Shown piece after piece: positions 9,932 to 18,818 of a stretch of DNA of 64,000 nucleotides; the first letter of the stretch is position 1, and every line of letters begins with the position of its first letter. Made by a program: the position numbers and the translations under genes. Under the pieces are notes generated by a model. It saw only the letters and a program-made list of their open reading frames with translations, did not search any database and was not told the origin of the DNA. This stretch comes from Escherichia phage vB_EcoP_PE006, in the sequence record OQ938541.1; one strand, 5' to 3'.

Positions 9932-12175
9932 ATGGCTAAGCAAAAATATAGTGAAGAGGTGTTGGACGAGTTACGTGTTGACCTTCAACGTCGTTTTAAT
10001 TACGCTCAAGGTTACGTTGACATGGCTGTTAAGGGCTATGCTCGTGAAGCTTGGGAATATTTCTATGGTAACTTACCTGCACCAGTAACTGCTGGCAGCT
10101 CTAGTTGGGTAGATCGTACTGTTTGGGAATCTGTTAACGGTACACTGCAAGATATTATTAACGTATTCTGTTCTGGTGATGAAGCGGTTACTTTCGTAGC
10201 TGATAACCAACAGGATTCTGATGCTGCTGATGTAGCAACTAAATTAGTTAACCAAATCCTTCTGCGTGATAATCCGGGATACAATATTATCTCCTCTGCT
10301 GCACAAGAATGTCTGGTTACTCGTAACTCTTTTATTAAATATTATTGGGATGAGCACACTTCTACTCAAACTGAAGAAGCTGAAGGTGTACCACCGGAAG
10401 CATTGGCTGCATATGTTCAGGGATTAGAAGCTGGTGGACTCAAGAATCTGGAAATCTTCACTGAAGAAAATGAAGATGGTACAGTTGATGTTAAAGTCAC
10501 TTATGAACAAACTGTTAAACGTGTGAAAGTTGAATATGTTCCTTCAGAGCAAATCTTTGTTGATGAACATGCTACCTCTTTTGCAGATGCACAATATTTC
10601 TGTCATCGTGTACGTCGTTCTAAAGAAGATCTGGTTGCTATGGGCTTCCCTAAAGATGAGATTGAAGCATTTAATGACTGGACAGACACGATGGATACCA
10701 CTCAATCTACAGTTGCTTGGTCTCGTACTGACTGGCGTCAGGACATTGATGCTGACATTGGTACAGATACTGAAGATATTGCTACTATGGTTTGGGTTTA
10801 TGAGCACTACATCCGTACTGGTGTTCTAGATAAGAATAAAGAATCTAAACTCTATCAGGTTATTCAAGCTGGTGAGCATATCCTTCACACTGAAGAAGTA
10901 ACTCACATTCCGTTTGTAACCTTCTGTCCGTATCCGATTCCGGGTTCCTTCTACGGTCAATCAGTCTATGACATTACGAAAGATATTCAGGATTTACGTA
11001 CCGCGTTAGTTCGTGGTTATATTGATAACGTCAACAATGCTAACTATGGTCGATACAAAGCTCTTGTTGGTGCATACGATCGTCGCTCTCTGCTTGATAA
11101 CCGTCCCGGTGGAGTGGTTGAAATGGAACGTCAGGACGCTATCGACCTGTTCCCATACCATAACCTACCTCAAGGTATTGACGGCCTCCTAGGTATGTCT
11201 GAGGAGCTTAAAGAGACACGTACCGGTGTAACTAAACTTGGCATGGGTATCAACCCTGATGTGTTTAAGAATGACAACGCTTATGCAACCGTAGGCTTGA
11301 TGATGAATGCTGCACAGAACCGTCTCCGTATGGTATGTCGTAACATTGCTCACAATGGTATGGTTGAATTGATGCGTGGTATTTACAGCCTTATCAGAGA
11401 AAACGGTGAAGTTCCTATTGAGGTACAAACCCCTCGTGGTATGGTTCAGGTAAATCCGAAACAATTACCAGCTCGTCACAATCTTCAAGTAGTTGTAGCT
11501 ATCTCTCCTAATGAGAAAGCAGAACGTGCACAGAAACTGATTAGCTTGAAACAGCTGATTGCAGCAGATGCACAGTTAGCACCTCTCTTCGGTTTGGAGC
11601 AAGACCGTTACATGACTGCACAGATCTTTGAGTTGATGGGTATTAAGGACACTCATAAATACTTACTGCCTCTGGAACAGTATCAGCCTCCTGAGCCGTC
11701 TCCGATGGAAATCCTCCAGCTCGAGATGACTAAAGCGCAGGTTGAGAACGTACAGGCTTCTTCTCAGAAGATGATTGCTGATGCATTCGACCAGCGTGAA
11801 CGTACTACATTCGAACAGCAGAAAGCTGCGGATGAATTAAGTCTGCGTCAGGAAGAGTTGCAGTTCAAGCAAGAAAATGCAGCAGATGCTATGACTCTGG
11901 AAAACCGTAAAGAAGATAACAATGCAACTCTGGAACAAGCTAAGCACAAGTTAGCTCTTATGCAACAGCAGGTCCGTCAGTATGAGTCTGTACTGAAAGA
12001 ATTGCAGATGGTTATGGAGCATCAGGTTGACCAAGAGAAGATTGTTCAGCAAACTCGTGTTCAGGATAAAACTTTGGAACTCCAGAAGAAAGAAGCAAAT
12101 GTAACTAAGAAAGAGCAACAAGCTTCTCTCAAAGATTCACGGATTCCAGGCAAACGTCTTGGAAGTAAAAAGTAA
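9932..12175 (+). CDS. portal protein
   Basis: 747 aa directly after the terminase, with a C-terminal Glu/Gln-rich coiled-coil tail; assigned by size, position and composition. Confidence 0.75.
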   Translation: MAKQKYSEEVLDELRVDLQRRFNYAQGYVDMAVKGYAREAWEYFYGNLPAPVTAGSSSWVDRTVWESVNGTLQDIINVFCSGDEAVTFVADNQQDSDAADVATKLVNQILLRDNPGYNIISSAAQECLVTRNSFIKYYWDEHTSTQTEEAEGVPPEALAAYVQGLEAGGLKNLEIFTEENEDGTVDVKVTYEQTVKRVKVEYVPSEQIFVDEHATSFADAQYFCHRVRRSKEDLVAMGFPKDEIEAFNDWTDTMDTTQSTVAWSRTDWRQDIDADIGTDTEDIATMVWVYEHYIRTGVLDKNKESKLYQVIQAGEHILHTEEVTHIPFVTFCPYPIPGSFYGQSVYDITKDIQDLRTALVRGYIDNVNNANYGRYKALVGAYDRRSLLDNRPGGVVEMERQDAIDLFPYHNLPQGIDGLLGMSEELKETRTGVTKLGMGINPDVFKNDNAYATVGLMMNAAQNRLRMVCRNIAHNGMVELMRGIYSLIRENGEVPIEVQTPRGMVQVNPKQLPARHNLQVVVAISPNEKAERAQKLISLKQLIAADAQLAPLFGLEQDRYMTAQIFELMGIKDTHKYLLPLEQYQPPEPSPMEILQLEMTKAQVENVQASSQKMIADAFDQRERTTFEQQKAADELSLRQEELQFKQENAADAMTLENRKEDNNATLEQAKHKLALMQQQVRQYESVLKELQMVMEHQVDQEKIVQQTRVQDKTLELQKKEANVTKKEQQASLKDSRIPGKRLGSKK

Positions 12176-12184
12176 GGACGTCGA

Positions 12185-12421
12185 ATGAACATTAGGCATC
12201 AATTCAATAAAGAGCACGCCGCCGCTTTGGCGGCTCTCAATCTTAACGGCAGTCTTGACGCAGCATTAGAGGCATTGAAAGAAAGACTCATGACAGAGAT
12301 AGTTCAAACTGAACCTCATGAGAATAAGAAACGCGAAGATTGTTATCAAAAGTATAAAATGGTGGGTAGCTTAAAAGAGGTCATAAAAGCTGCTATCAAT
12401 AGTGCAGGAGATGTTTCATAA
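12185..12421 (+). CDS. hypothetical protein (78 aa)
   Basis: Small ORF between portal and scaffold; its stop overlaps the next start. Confidence 0.45.
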   Translation: MNIRHQFNKEHAAALAALNLNGSLDAALEALKERLMTEIVQTEPHENKKREDCYQKYKMVGSLKEVIKAAINSAGDVS

Positions 12422-13506
12422 TGCCACAAGATAATTATATTGACCCGAACGATTTTAAATCTTTCCTCCAACTGGATGACCTGAAAGGTTCTTTTAAAGA
12501 AGAGCTTGGTCGATTAGAATCTGAACAAGAACCAGAAGTGGACATTGACGATGAGTTCCCGGAAGATACCGGTGACAATTTCGACTTTGATACCGACCTT
12601 CTCGGTGAAAGCGATGAGCTTAAGTTCGAAGATGAAGATGGTTGGGAAGATCATGATGAGGAAGGCGAAGTCGAAGAAGATGGGGATGACTCTGATGAAG
12701 GTGATGAAAACACTGAAGTAGAAGAGGAAGACTCAAGCGATGCAGGATATGAAGATGATTCTGCTGACGGTGATGGTGAGGTCTTTGATGTAGACTACGA
12801 AACCGTTATCACCCTTCCTGATGGACGTGAGATGACTATTGAAGAACTCTCCAATGGCTATCTTACTGGTGCTGACATGACAGAACGAGAAACAACTCTT
12901 CAGCGTCATATGGAAGCATTTGAGGAACGTGTAGTAGGTTTGAAGGATGTATTAGAATTAGCGTCTTTAGAAGCAGACCGAGTAATTGAAGATTACAACG
13001 GATTTGATTGGGACAAGCTTGCAGTAGAAGATCCTCAAGCATATGTTGAAAACAAACGTTTCCTAGAGAAGTACACAGCTCGTCGTAACCAGCTTGAACA
13101 GGCTCAGATGCGTGTTAAGCAGGAAGCAGCAGCTAAAGAACAGGAAGCTTTCCAAGCCAAGAGTGTTGAGTGCGTTAATATTCTGAAACGTGAGATTCCA
13201 AATTGGGATGAAAACTTATATCAAAACTTAATGCAATATGCAATTGACTTAGGTGCTACTGAAGAAGAAGTATTGAAGGAAAACCGTCCGTCTATTTTCC
13301 TAGCTCTCCACAAAGCATACCAATTTGATAAAGGTAAGCAGCAGGTGATGGCTAAGATTAAACGTCCCGGTGCTCCACGCAAGGTTGTGAAGTCTGATGC
13401 TGCAAAGTCTCGTACTTCCAATAAGCCAGACAACGCTAAGGTTGCCAAGGCATTCGCAGAGGGTCGCGTTAGTCACGAAGACGCATTCAAATTCCTCGTA
13501 GATTAA
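12421..13506 (+). CDS. scaffolding protein (putative)
   Basis: Directly upstream of the capsid gene; extremely acidic N-terminal third (long Asp/Glu runs) followed by a helical, coiled-coil-like region. Confidence 0.6.
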   Translation: MPQDNYIDPNDFKSFLQLDDLKGSFKEELGRLESEQEPEVDIDDEFPEDTGDNFDFDTDLLGESDELKFEDEDGWEDHDEEGEVEEDGDDSDEGDENTEVEEEDSSDAGYEDDSADGDGEVFDVDYETVITLPDGREMTIEELSNGYLTGADMTERETTLQRHMEAFEERVVGLKDVLELASLEADRVIEDYNGFDWDKLAVEDPQAYVENKRFLEKYTARRNQLEQAQMRVKQEAAAKEQEAFQAKSVECVNILKREIPNWDENLYQNLMQYAIDLGATEEEVLKENRPSIFLALHKAYQFDKGKQQVMAKIKRPGAPRKVVKSDAAKSRTSNKPDNAKVAKAFAEGRVSHEDAFKFLVD

Positions 13507-13547
13507 TCGACAAATTAATTATTTAATAGTATAGGAGCTAACATAAC

Positions 13548-14609
13548 ATGGCTAATCCAACTTTATTTGTATCGTATGACCAGAATGGTAAAAAACTTTC
13601 TTTTGCTAACTGGATTTCTGTTCTGTCCCCTCAGGATACTCCGTTCGTATCTATGACCGGTAAAGAGTCTATCAACCAGACTATCTTTAGCTGGCAGACC
13701 GATGCACTGGCAAGCGTTGATGGTAATAACGCACACGTCGAAGGCTCTCGTGCTGAAGACGGTGAAATGAAACCGACTGTTATCAAGTCTAACGTTACTC
13801 AGATTCTGCGTAAGGTTGTTCGTGTTTCTGACACTGCTAACACCACCGCTAACTACGGTCGTGGTCGTGAACTGATGTATCAGCTGGAGAAGAAAGGTAA
13901 AGAGATCAAGCGTGACCTCGAGAAAATCCTTCTGTCCGGTCAGGCTCGTACCGACGTTCTGGCTGACCAGTATCTGACTAACTCCGCAGCTGATCCGACT
14001 CAGATTGGTAAGAACGACACCCATGCAGCTCGTAAGACTGGTGCATTCCAGTTCCTGTGTGCTCACGGTGGTCTGGCTGGCGGTGTTGTTGACAAGACCA
14101 AGAATGGTCCTGCTGACCCGGATACCGGTGCAATCACTGTTAAAGTTGCACAGAACGCATCTAACCCGGCTACTAACATCGGCTTTGATGAAGCAGATAT
14201 CTTTGACATGACTCTGCAACTGTACACCGCTGGTTCTGAAGCAGATATCATCATGATTAACCCGGCTCATGCTAAGATCTTCGCTGGCCTGCAAGAAAAT
14301 ACTCAGGGTTCACGTAAGCGTATCTTTGAGAACACCAAGCAGTTCATCTACGAAGTTAACAGCATCACTGACCCGCTGGGCCAGAGCTACAAAATCATCG
14401 TTAACCGTTGGATGCCTACCGATGCAGTTTACTTCTTCCGTAGCGCTGACTGGACTCAGATGGTTCTGCGTGCTCCGAAACGTACTGAACTGGCTAAAGA
14501 CGGTTCTTACGAGAAGTGGATGATTGAAATGGAAGTTGGTCTGCGTCACCGCAACCCGTATGCTTCCGGTGTTCTGTTCACTGCTGCGGGAAAGGCGGTG
14601 GCGGCGTAA
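13548..14609 (+). CDS. major capsid protein
   Basis: 353 aa, strong RBS (AGGAG), follows the scaffold gene; composition and size typical of an HK97-fold capsid protein. Confidence 0.8.
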   Translation: MANPTLFVSYDQNGKKLSFANWISVLSPQDTPFVSMTGKESINQTIFSWQTDALASVDGNNAHVEGSRAEDGEMKPTVIKSNVTQILRKVVRVSDTANTTANYGRGRELMYQLEKKGKEIKRDLEKILLSGQARTDVLADQYLTNSAADPTQIGKNDTHAARKTGAFQFLCAHGGLAGGVVDKTKNGPADPDTGAITVKVAQNASNPATNIGFDEADIFDMTLQLYTAGSEADIIMINPAHAKIFAGLQENTQGSRKRIFENTKQFIYEVNSITDPLGQSYKIIVNRWMPTDAVYFFRSADWTQMVLRAPKRTELAKDGSYEKWMIEMEVGLRHRNPYASGVLFTAAGKAVAA

Positions 14610-15136
14610 CAGTAGATACTATAACTGTTAGTCCTTCGTCGGTTGCAAGCCTTCCGACGGGGGCTACTCAGCAGTTTACAGCTACAGCACAAATGAGTGA
14701 TAGCTCCACATCAACAACTGGATTTGTTTGGTCCGTTGAGGGTGGTGGGGCTATTTCTGTTTCTGGACTGTACACTGCACCGAGTGCGTCGCAAGAAACC
14801 CCGATTACAGTGAAAGCTACTAAAGGTGGTAAATCTGGTACATCTACGATCTCAGCTATTGCTGACCCTGAACCTACCCTTGTTAGCCGAGGTCCGATTT
14901 CAGGGAAGGTGGGTGGATCAACAACCGCATTCTCTACTATGTTTACAGCAACAAACTCTACCGGAAGTGACTATACTTTTGAGGTAACTCCTCCGGAAGC
15001 GGGCACTGTTAGTGCAGCTGGTCTTTTGACTCTTGCTGATACTGCTACGGGTGCAGTCTCTGTTACAGCTACACACGAGACTAAACCTCTTGTAACAGCC
15101 ACTTGTGAATTCACAGGTGTTACCCCCAAAGCCTAA
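13548..15136 (+). CDS. major capsid protein, candidate -1 frameshift isoform with two C-terminal Ig-like (Big_2-type) domains (~529 aa)
   Basis: The -1 frame is open from 14528 to 15136 and encodes Ig-like sequence (ITVSPSSVASLPTGATQQFTATAQ...); a G_GGA_AAG heptamer lies 4 codons before the capsid stop. Confidence 0.55.
14588..14594 (+). other. candidate -1 programmed ribosomal frameshift slippery heptamer G_GGA_AAG
   Basis: Heptamer of the X_XXY_YYZ class in the capsid zero frame; shifting here yields ...AAGK-GGGGVTVDTITV... Confidence 0.55.
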
Positions 15137-15140
15137 AACT

Positions 15141-15170
15141 AAAGCTGCCTTCGGGTGGCTTTTCTTGTTT
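15141..15170 (+). terminator. rho-independent terminator with UUCG tetraloop
   Basis: GCUGCC-UUCG-GGUGGC hairpin (two G-U pairs) followed by TTTTCTTGTTTT. Confidence 0.6.
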
Positions 15171-15193
15171 TAAGACCTATACAAGCTAGTGTG

Positions 15194-15202
15194 TAATGTA
15201 TA
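15194..15202 (+). promoter_or_regulatory. TAATGTATA promoter-like motif
   Basis: Exact TAATGTATA 34 nt upstream of the ATG at 15236, just after a terminator. Confidence 0.45.
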
Positions 15203-15235
15203 TTCTTTGTCTACATATAACAAGGAGGACAACCT

Positions 15236-15988
15236 ATGGCGATGCCTGAAGTGCAAAACCCGATTAACACGTATGGCTGGCTTAAGAAAGCTGTTGCCTT
15301 GTGGGCCGATCGAGACGATGATGAATTTGTTAATCAAATTCCAAACTTTATTAACTTTGCAGAGAAAGAGATTTATCGTAACTTACGTATCCCTCCTCTG
15401 GAAAAAGAAGTGTATTTAGATATTAAAGATGGAGTAGCTTACATTCCTCCTGATTACTTAGAAGCTCAGTGGATGATGAGAGCCAAAGATGGTACAATCT
15501 TCCAAGTAACATCTCCTGAAGAGATTAGCTATCGTAGACAGCATGGAACAATTAACCCATCTCACTGGAATAACCAACCTGTTAACTTTGCTCGTTTCGG
15601 TAGTCGTTTCATTTTCTACCCTAGTATTGAAGCAGATACTCCTGTTTATCCTGATGATGGAAGTCCTTTGATTCCAGCAGAAAACTCAGTCATTCTTAGC
15701 TATTATGCAGACCCACCGGAGTTCCATGAAGATACAGATACCAGCGCTATTCTTACTATTGCACCAGAACTTCTTCTGTATTTCACTCTACGTCATGCTT
15801 GCTTGTTTGTTCAAGATGATAACGGAGTTCAGAAATGGTCTGCATTAGGAAAAGCTATCCTTGATGAAATGGTAGAGCAGAATAAGAAACAAGAGTACTC
15901 AGGTTCACCTATCGCAATTCCGAATAACATGACTCGACTTCAGAGCAGCTTGCCTGACATTTATGGTATTCGTACTTCTCGTGTATAA
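15236..15988 (+). CDS. virion structural protein, function unassigned (first gene after the capsid terminator)
   Basis: 250 aa ORF with RBS AAGGAGG; position suggests a neck or tail component; no motif recognised. Confidence 0.45.
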   Translation: MAMPEVQNPINTYGWLKKAVALWADRDDDEFVNQIPNFINFAEKEIYRNLRIPPLEKEVYLDIKDGVAYIPPDYLEAQWMMRAKDGTIFQVTSPEEISYRRQHGTINPSHWNNQPVNFARFGSRFIFYPSIEADTPVYPDDGSPLIPAENSVILSYYADPPEFHEDTDTSAILTIAPELLLYFTLRHACLFVQDDNGVQKWSALGKAILDEMVEQNKKQEYSGSPIAIPNNMTRLQSSLPDIYGIRTSRV

Positions 15989-15997
15989 GGAGATAAT

Positions 15998-18778
15998 ATG
16001 ATCGTTTATAATAACCAAGCACCTGATGCAGTGAATAACGTTGGGCAGTTTGGTGCTACTGAAGGCTCTATCGGAGCTTACAAGCAAGCAGCAGAATATG
16101 CAGCTGATTCTAAATATTGGGCACTGCTAGCGGAGTCTAAGTTTGGTACAATTGATGATTTAATCGCTGAAGTAGAACGTCTATATCAACAAGGTGTTCT
16201 GATGAAGCAGGATATTGAAGATCTTAAGCAGGATTTTATAGATCAAGATGCTCGTTTGATGACTCTGATTGCTCAAACTAATGCGGCAGTATCTGATGCA
16301 AACAACGCAGTTGCTTTAATTAATCAGAAACTTATTGAAGTTCAGAAGCAACTCGATGTTCTGTTGGGAATGTCCGTTGACGTAACTACACTTCCTCCGG
16401 GAACCCCAGCTACTGGTTCTTTTAATCCGACCACTGGTGTAATCTCTTTAGGTATTCCAGAAGGCGATCCCGGAAAGGATGGTTCTGTTAAGGATTTGGA
16501 TACAGCACCTACCGGTGTTCCAGAGTTAGGCGACTTAGGTTTCTACGTTGACAAAGATGACAATACTGTCCACAAAACTACTCTAGAGAGCATTGCTAAC
16601 TTAATCCCATCTGTTCGTTCTGTTTCTGTTAACGAGGGTCCAGCTCTTGATGGAGAAGTTGCTCTGACAATTAACAAGAATACAGTTGGTTTAGGGAACG
16701 TTCTGAACGTTGCTCAATATAGCCGTCAAGAGATTAACGATAAGTTTGACAAAACTACCAAGACATACCAATCAAAAGCAGAAGCAGATGCTGACGCTCA
16801 ATATCGTCAAGTTGGCGAGAAGGTCTTAGTTTGGGAAGCTACTAAGTATGAATTCTATACGGTTGCTGCCGACAAAACACTAACCCCTGTTAAGACTGAA
16901 GGTAGAATCCTTACTGTTAACTCTCGCTCTCCAGACTCAAGTGGTAACATTGATATCACGATTCCAACAGGAAACCCTTCTCTGTATCTCGGCGAGATGG
17001 TAATGTTTCCTTATGACCCGACGAAGAATATCTCATACCCAGGGGTTCTTCCTGCCGACGGTCGTCTGGTGTCAAAAGAGTCTGCTCTTGACTTAGGCCC
17101 ATCTCTTGTTAGTGGGCAGCTACCTGTTGTCTCTGAAACAGAATGGCAGGCTGGTGCTAAACAATACTTCTCTTGGGGTAAGCTTGCGGATGGCGTAACT
17201 GATGCAGATTCCACCAATTTCATCAATATCCGACTACCTGACTGGACTGGTGGAGAGGCAATTCGATCTCCAGATTCTACTAAAGACAGATCATATAAAG
17301 GTAGTGTTCAGAGTCAGATACCTTATGTAGTTACCGTCAATAATCAATCTCCTGATGAAGTCACAGGTAATGTCAGCATCACTAAAGAAATGATAGGGGC
17401 AGCCAGTTCTGGAGATAACTCGGATATTACATCATTGACTGGATTGACTACCGCTCTGTCTATCACGCAAGGAGGTACTGGGGCAACTACTAAAGAACAG
17501 GCTCGTATAAACTTGGGGGTTAGCAGCATAGTTAATGACGGTAGTTCACAAACTACCGTAAGCTCTCCAAATGGTAACACCATATTGGCAGTTCCTAATA
17601 ACGCTGGGCAGTGGGGGGTTATCCAATGGAACGGGTCATCCTACGACAACGTGCCGCTGAATATCATAGGGGGTGGTACTGGAGCAACAACCCTAACCCA
17701 AGCCCGGTCTAATTTTGAGGTTGACAGACTAGTTCAAGGGGAAGCAGAAACTGCTCTGTGGAGTGAGGATAGGTCAAATAAAATCGTTCTCTGGGGTACT
17801 GATAATAGCGTAGAGTGGGGTTGTTATGATAATAAAAACGCTAAATGGAATGCCCTCGGGCTAGGAAAGGGTGGTACTGGAGCAACAACAGCATCTGGTG
17901 CTAGGACCAACCTAAACGTCGACAGAGTTAACCAAGAGCCTACTTCTACAAGAATGTGGTCAGCAGATAAAAGTTTTTACTTTTTTGTAAATGACAACAA
18001 AGATTGGGGTGTGTGGGATGCAACTCTGAATAAATCTATCCCTCTCCATATTGACAAAGGTGGTACAGATGCATCTGATCCTTGGACGGCTACCCATAAC
18101 CTGAAAACATTCTCTCAGAAAACAGCTCGATTTGTTCCAGGGGACAATCCGTTGGATATTTTTTGGGCAAACTCTTATGGGTTTCTTACAGGACAGTATG
18201 AGCAAAGCTTAACTGGCCCTTGGATGGATGTTACCAGTTTTGACAACAAAGCAAGGATGCAGTTGATTGGGTTTTATGGTAGCTCACTCGGGACTAGTGG
18301 TTTTGCTTACAAAGTATTTGAGCCTAATGATAATACTTGGCTTCCCACTCGTATTGTAAAAGATTCTGGTAACACCACTATCGACGTTAACGGTTTCATA
18401 AAAGCTGCCTCTCCAATTGTAGACATCTTTCATGATGGAGCTTTTAAAACCAACCACGAAGCAGAGGGCGTTTCTGTAGAACGTATTTCTGTTGGTGAAT
18501 ACCTTGTCACCGGTTGCTTGGGTACTAATAGTGACAAAGGATGGGGCGGTGTTGATGGAGGGTTTGAAATACCTTTAGATAGGAATAAACAACCTCGAAT
18601 CTGGCTTGACTATGAGATTAAAGAAGATGGGTCTATCCTAGTCAAGACGTATCATAGAGAACACCCTAATGCTCCTAAATTCGCACAGAATATCATAGAA
18701 GGTGTATCTGACGGTGACCCAATTGATATTCCTGCTGATGCGTTCATTTCGGTTCGTGTTGAGATGCCTTCTGAGTAA
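15998..18778 (+). CDS. tail fiber protein with phage-fibre repeats
   Basis: 926 aa with repeated GGTGATT...AR.NL motifs (ITQGGTGATTKEQARINLGV, IIGGGTGATTLTQARSNFEV, LGKGGTGATTASGARTNLNV). Confidence 0.75.
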   Translation: MIVYNNQAPDAVNNVGQFGATEGSIGAYKQAAEYAADSKYWALLAESKFGTIDDLIAEVERLYQQGVLMKQDIEDLKQDFIDQDARLMTLIAQTNAAVSDANNAVALINQKLIEVQKQLDVLLGMSVDVTTLPPGTPATGSFNPTTGVISLGIPEGDPGKDGSVKDLDTAPTGVPELGDLGFYVDKDDNTVHKTTLESIANLIPSVRSVSVNEGPALDGEVALTINKNTVGLGNVLNVAQYSRQEINDKFDKTTKTYQSKAEADADAQYRQVGEKVLVWEATKYEFYTVAADKTLTPVKTEGRILTVNSRSPDSSGNIDITIPTGNPSLYLGEMVMFPYDPTKNISYPGVLPADGRLVSKESALDLGPSLVSGQLPVVSETEWQAGAKQYFSWGKLADGVTDADSTNFINIRLPDWTGGEAIRSPDSTKDRSYKGSVQSQIPYVVTVNNQSPDEVTGNVSITKEMIGAASSGDNSDITSLTGLTTALSITQGGTGATTKEQARINLGVSSIVNDGSSQTTVSSPNGNTILAVPNNAGQWGVIQWNGSSYDNVPLNIIGGGTGATTLTQARSNFEVDRLVQGEAETALWSEDRSNKIVLWGTDNSVEWGCYDNKNAKWNALGLGKGGTGATTASGARTNLNVDRVNQEPTSTRMWSADKSFYFFVNDNKDWGVWDATLNKSIPLHIDKGGTDASDPWTATHNLKTFSQKTARFVPGDNPLDIFWANSYGFLTGQYEQSLTGPWMDVTSFDNKARMQLIGFYGSSLGTSGFAYKVFEPNDNTWLPTRIVKDSGNTTIDVNGFIKAASPIVDIFHDGAFKTNHEAEGVSVERISVGEYLVTGCLGTNSDKGWGGVDGGFEIPLDRNKQPRIWLDYEIKEDGSILVKTYHREHPNAPKFAQNIIEGVSDGDPIDIPADAFISVRVEMPSE

Positions 18779-18787
18779 AACAATAAT

Positions 18788-18806
18788 GCTCCCTTCGGGG
18801 AGCTTT
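18788..18806 (+). terminator. intercistronic hairpin with UUCG loop (weak terminator or RNA-processing/stability element)
   Basis: GCTCCC-TTCG-GGGAGC followed by only TTT. Confidence 0.35.
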
Positions 18807-18818
18807 AAGGAGATTTAA

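Noticed and set aside
13563-14294. 243-aa minus-strand ORF antisense to the major capsid gene
   Set aside because: Lies entirely inside a confidently assigned, well-packed plus-strand gene; low-complexity Ser/Thr/Val translation typical of an antisense artefact.
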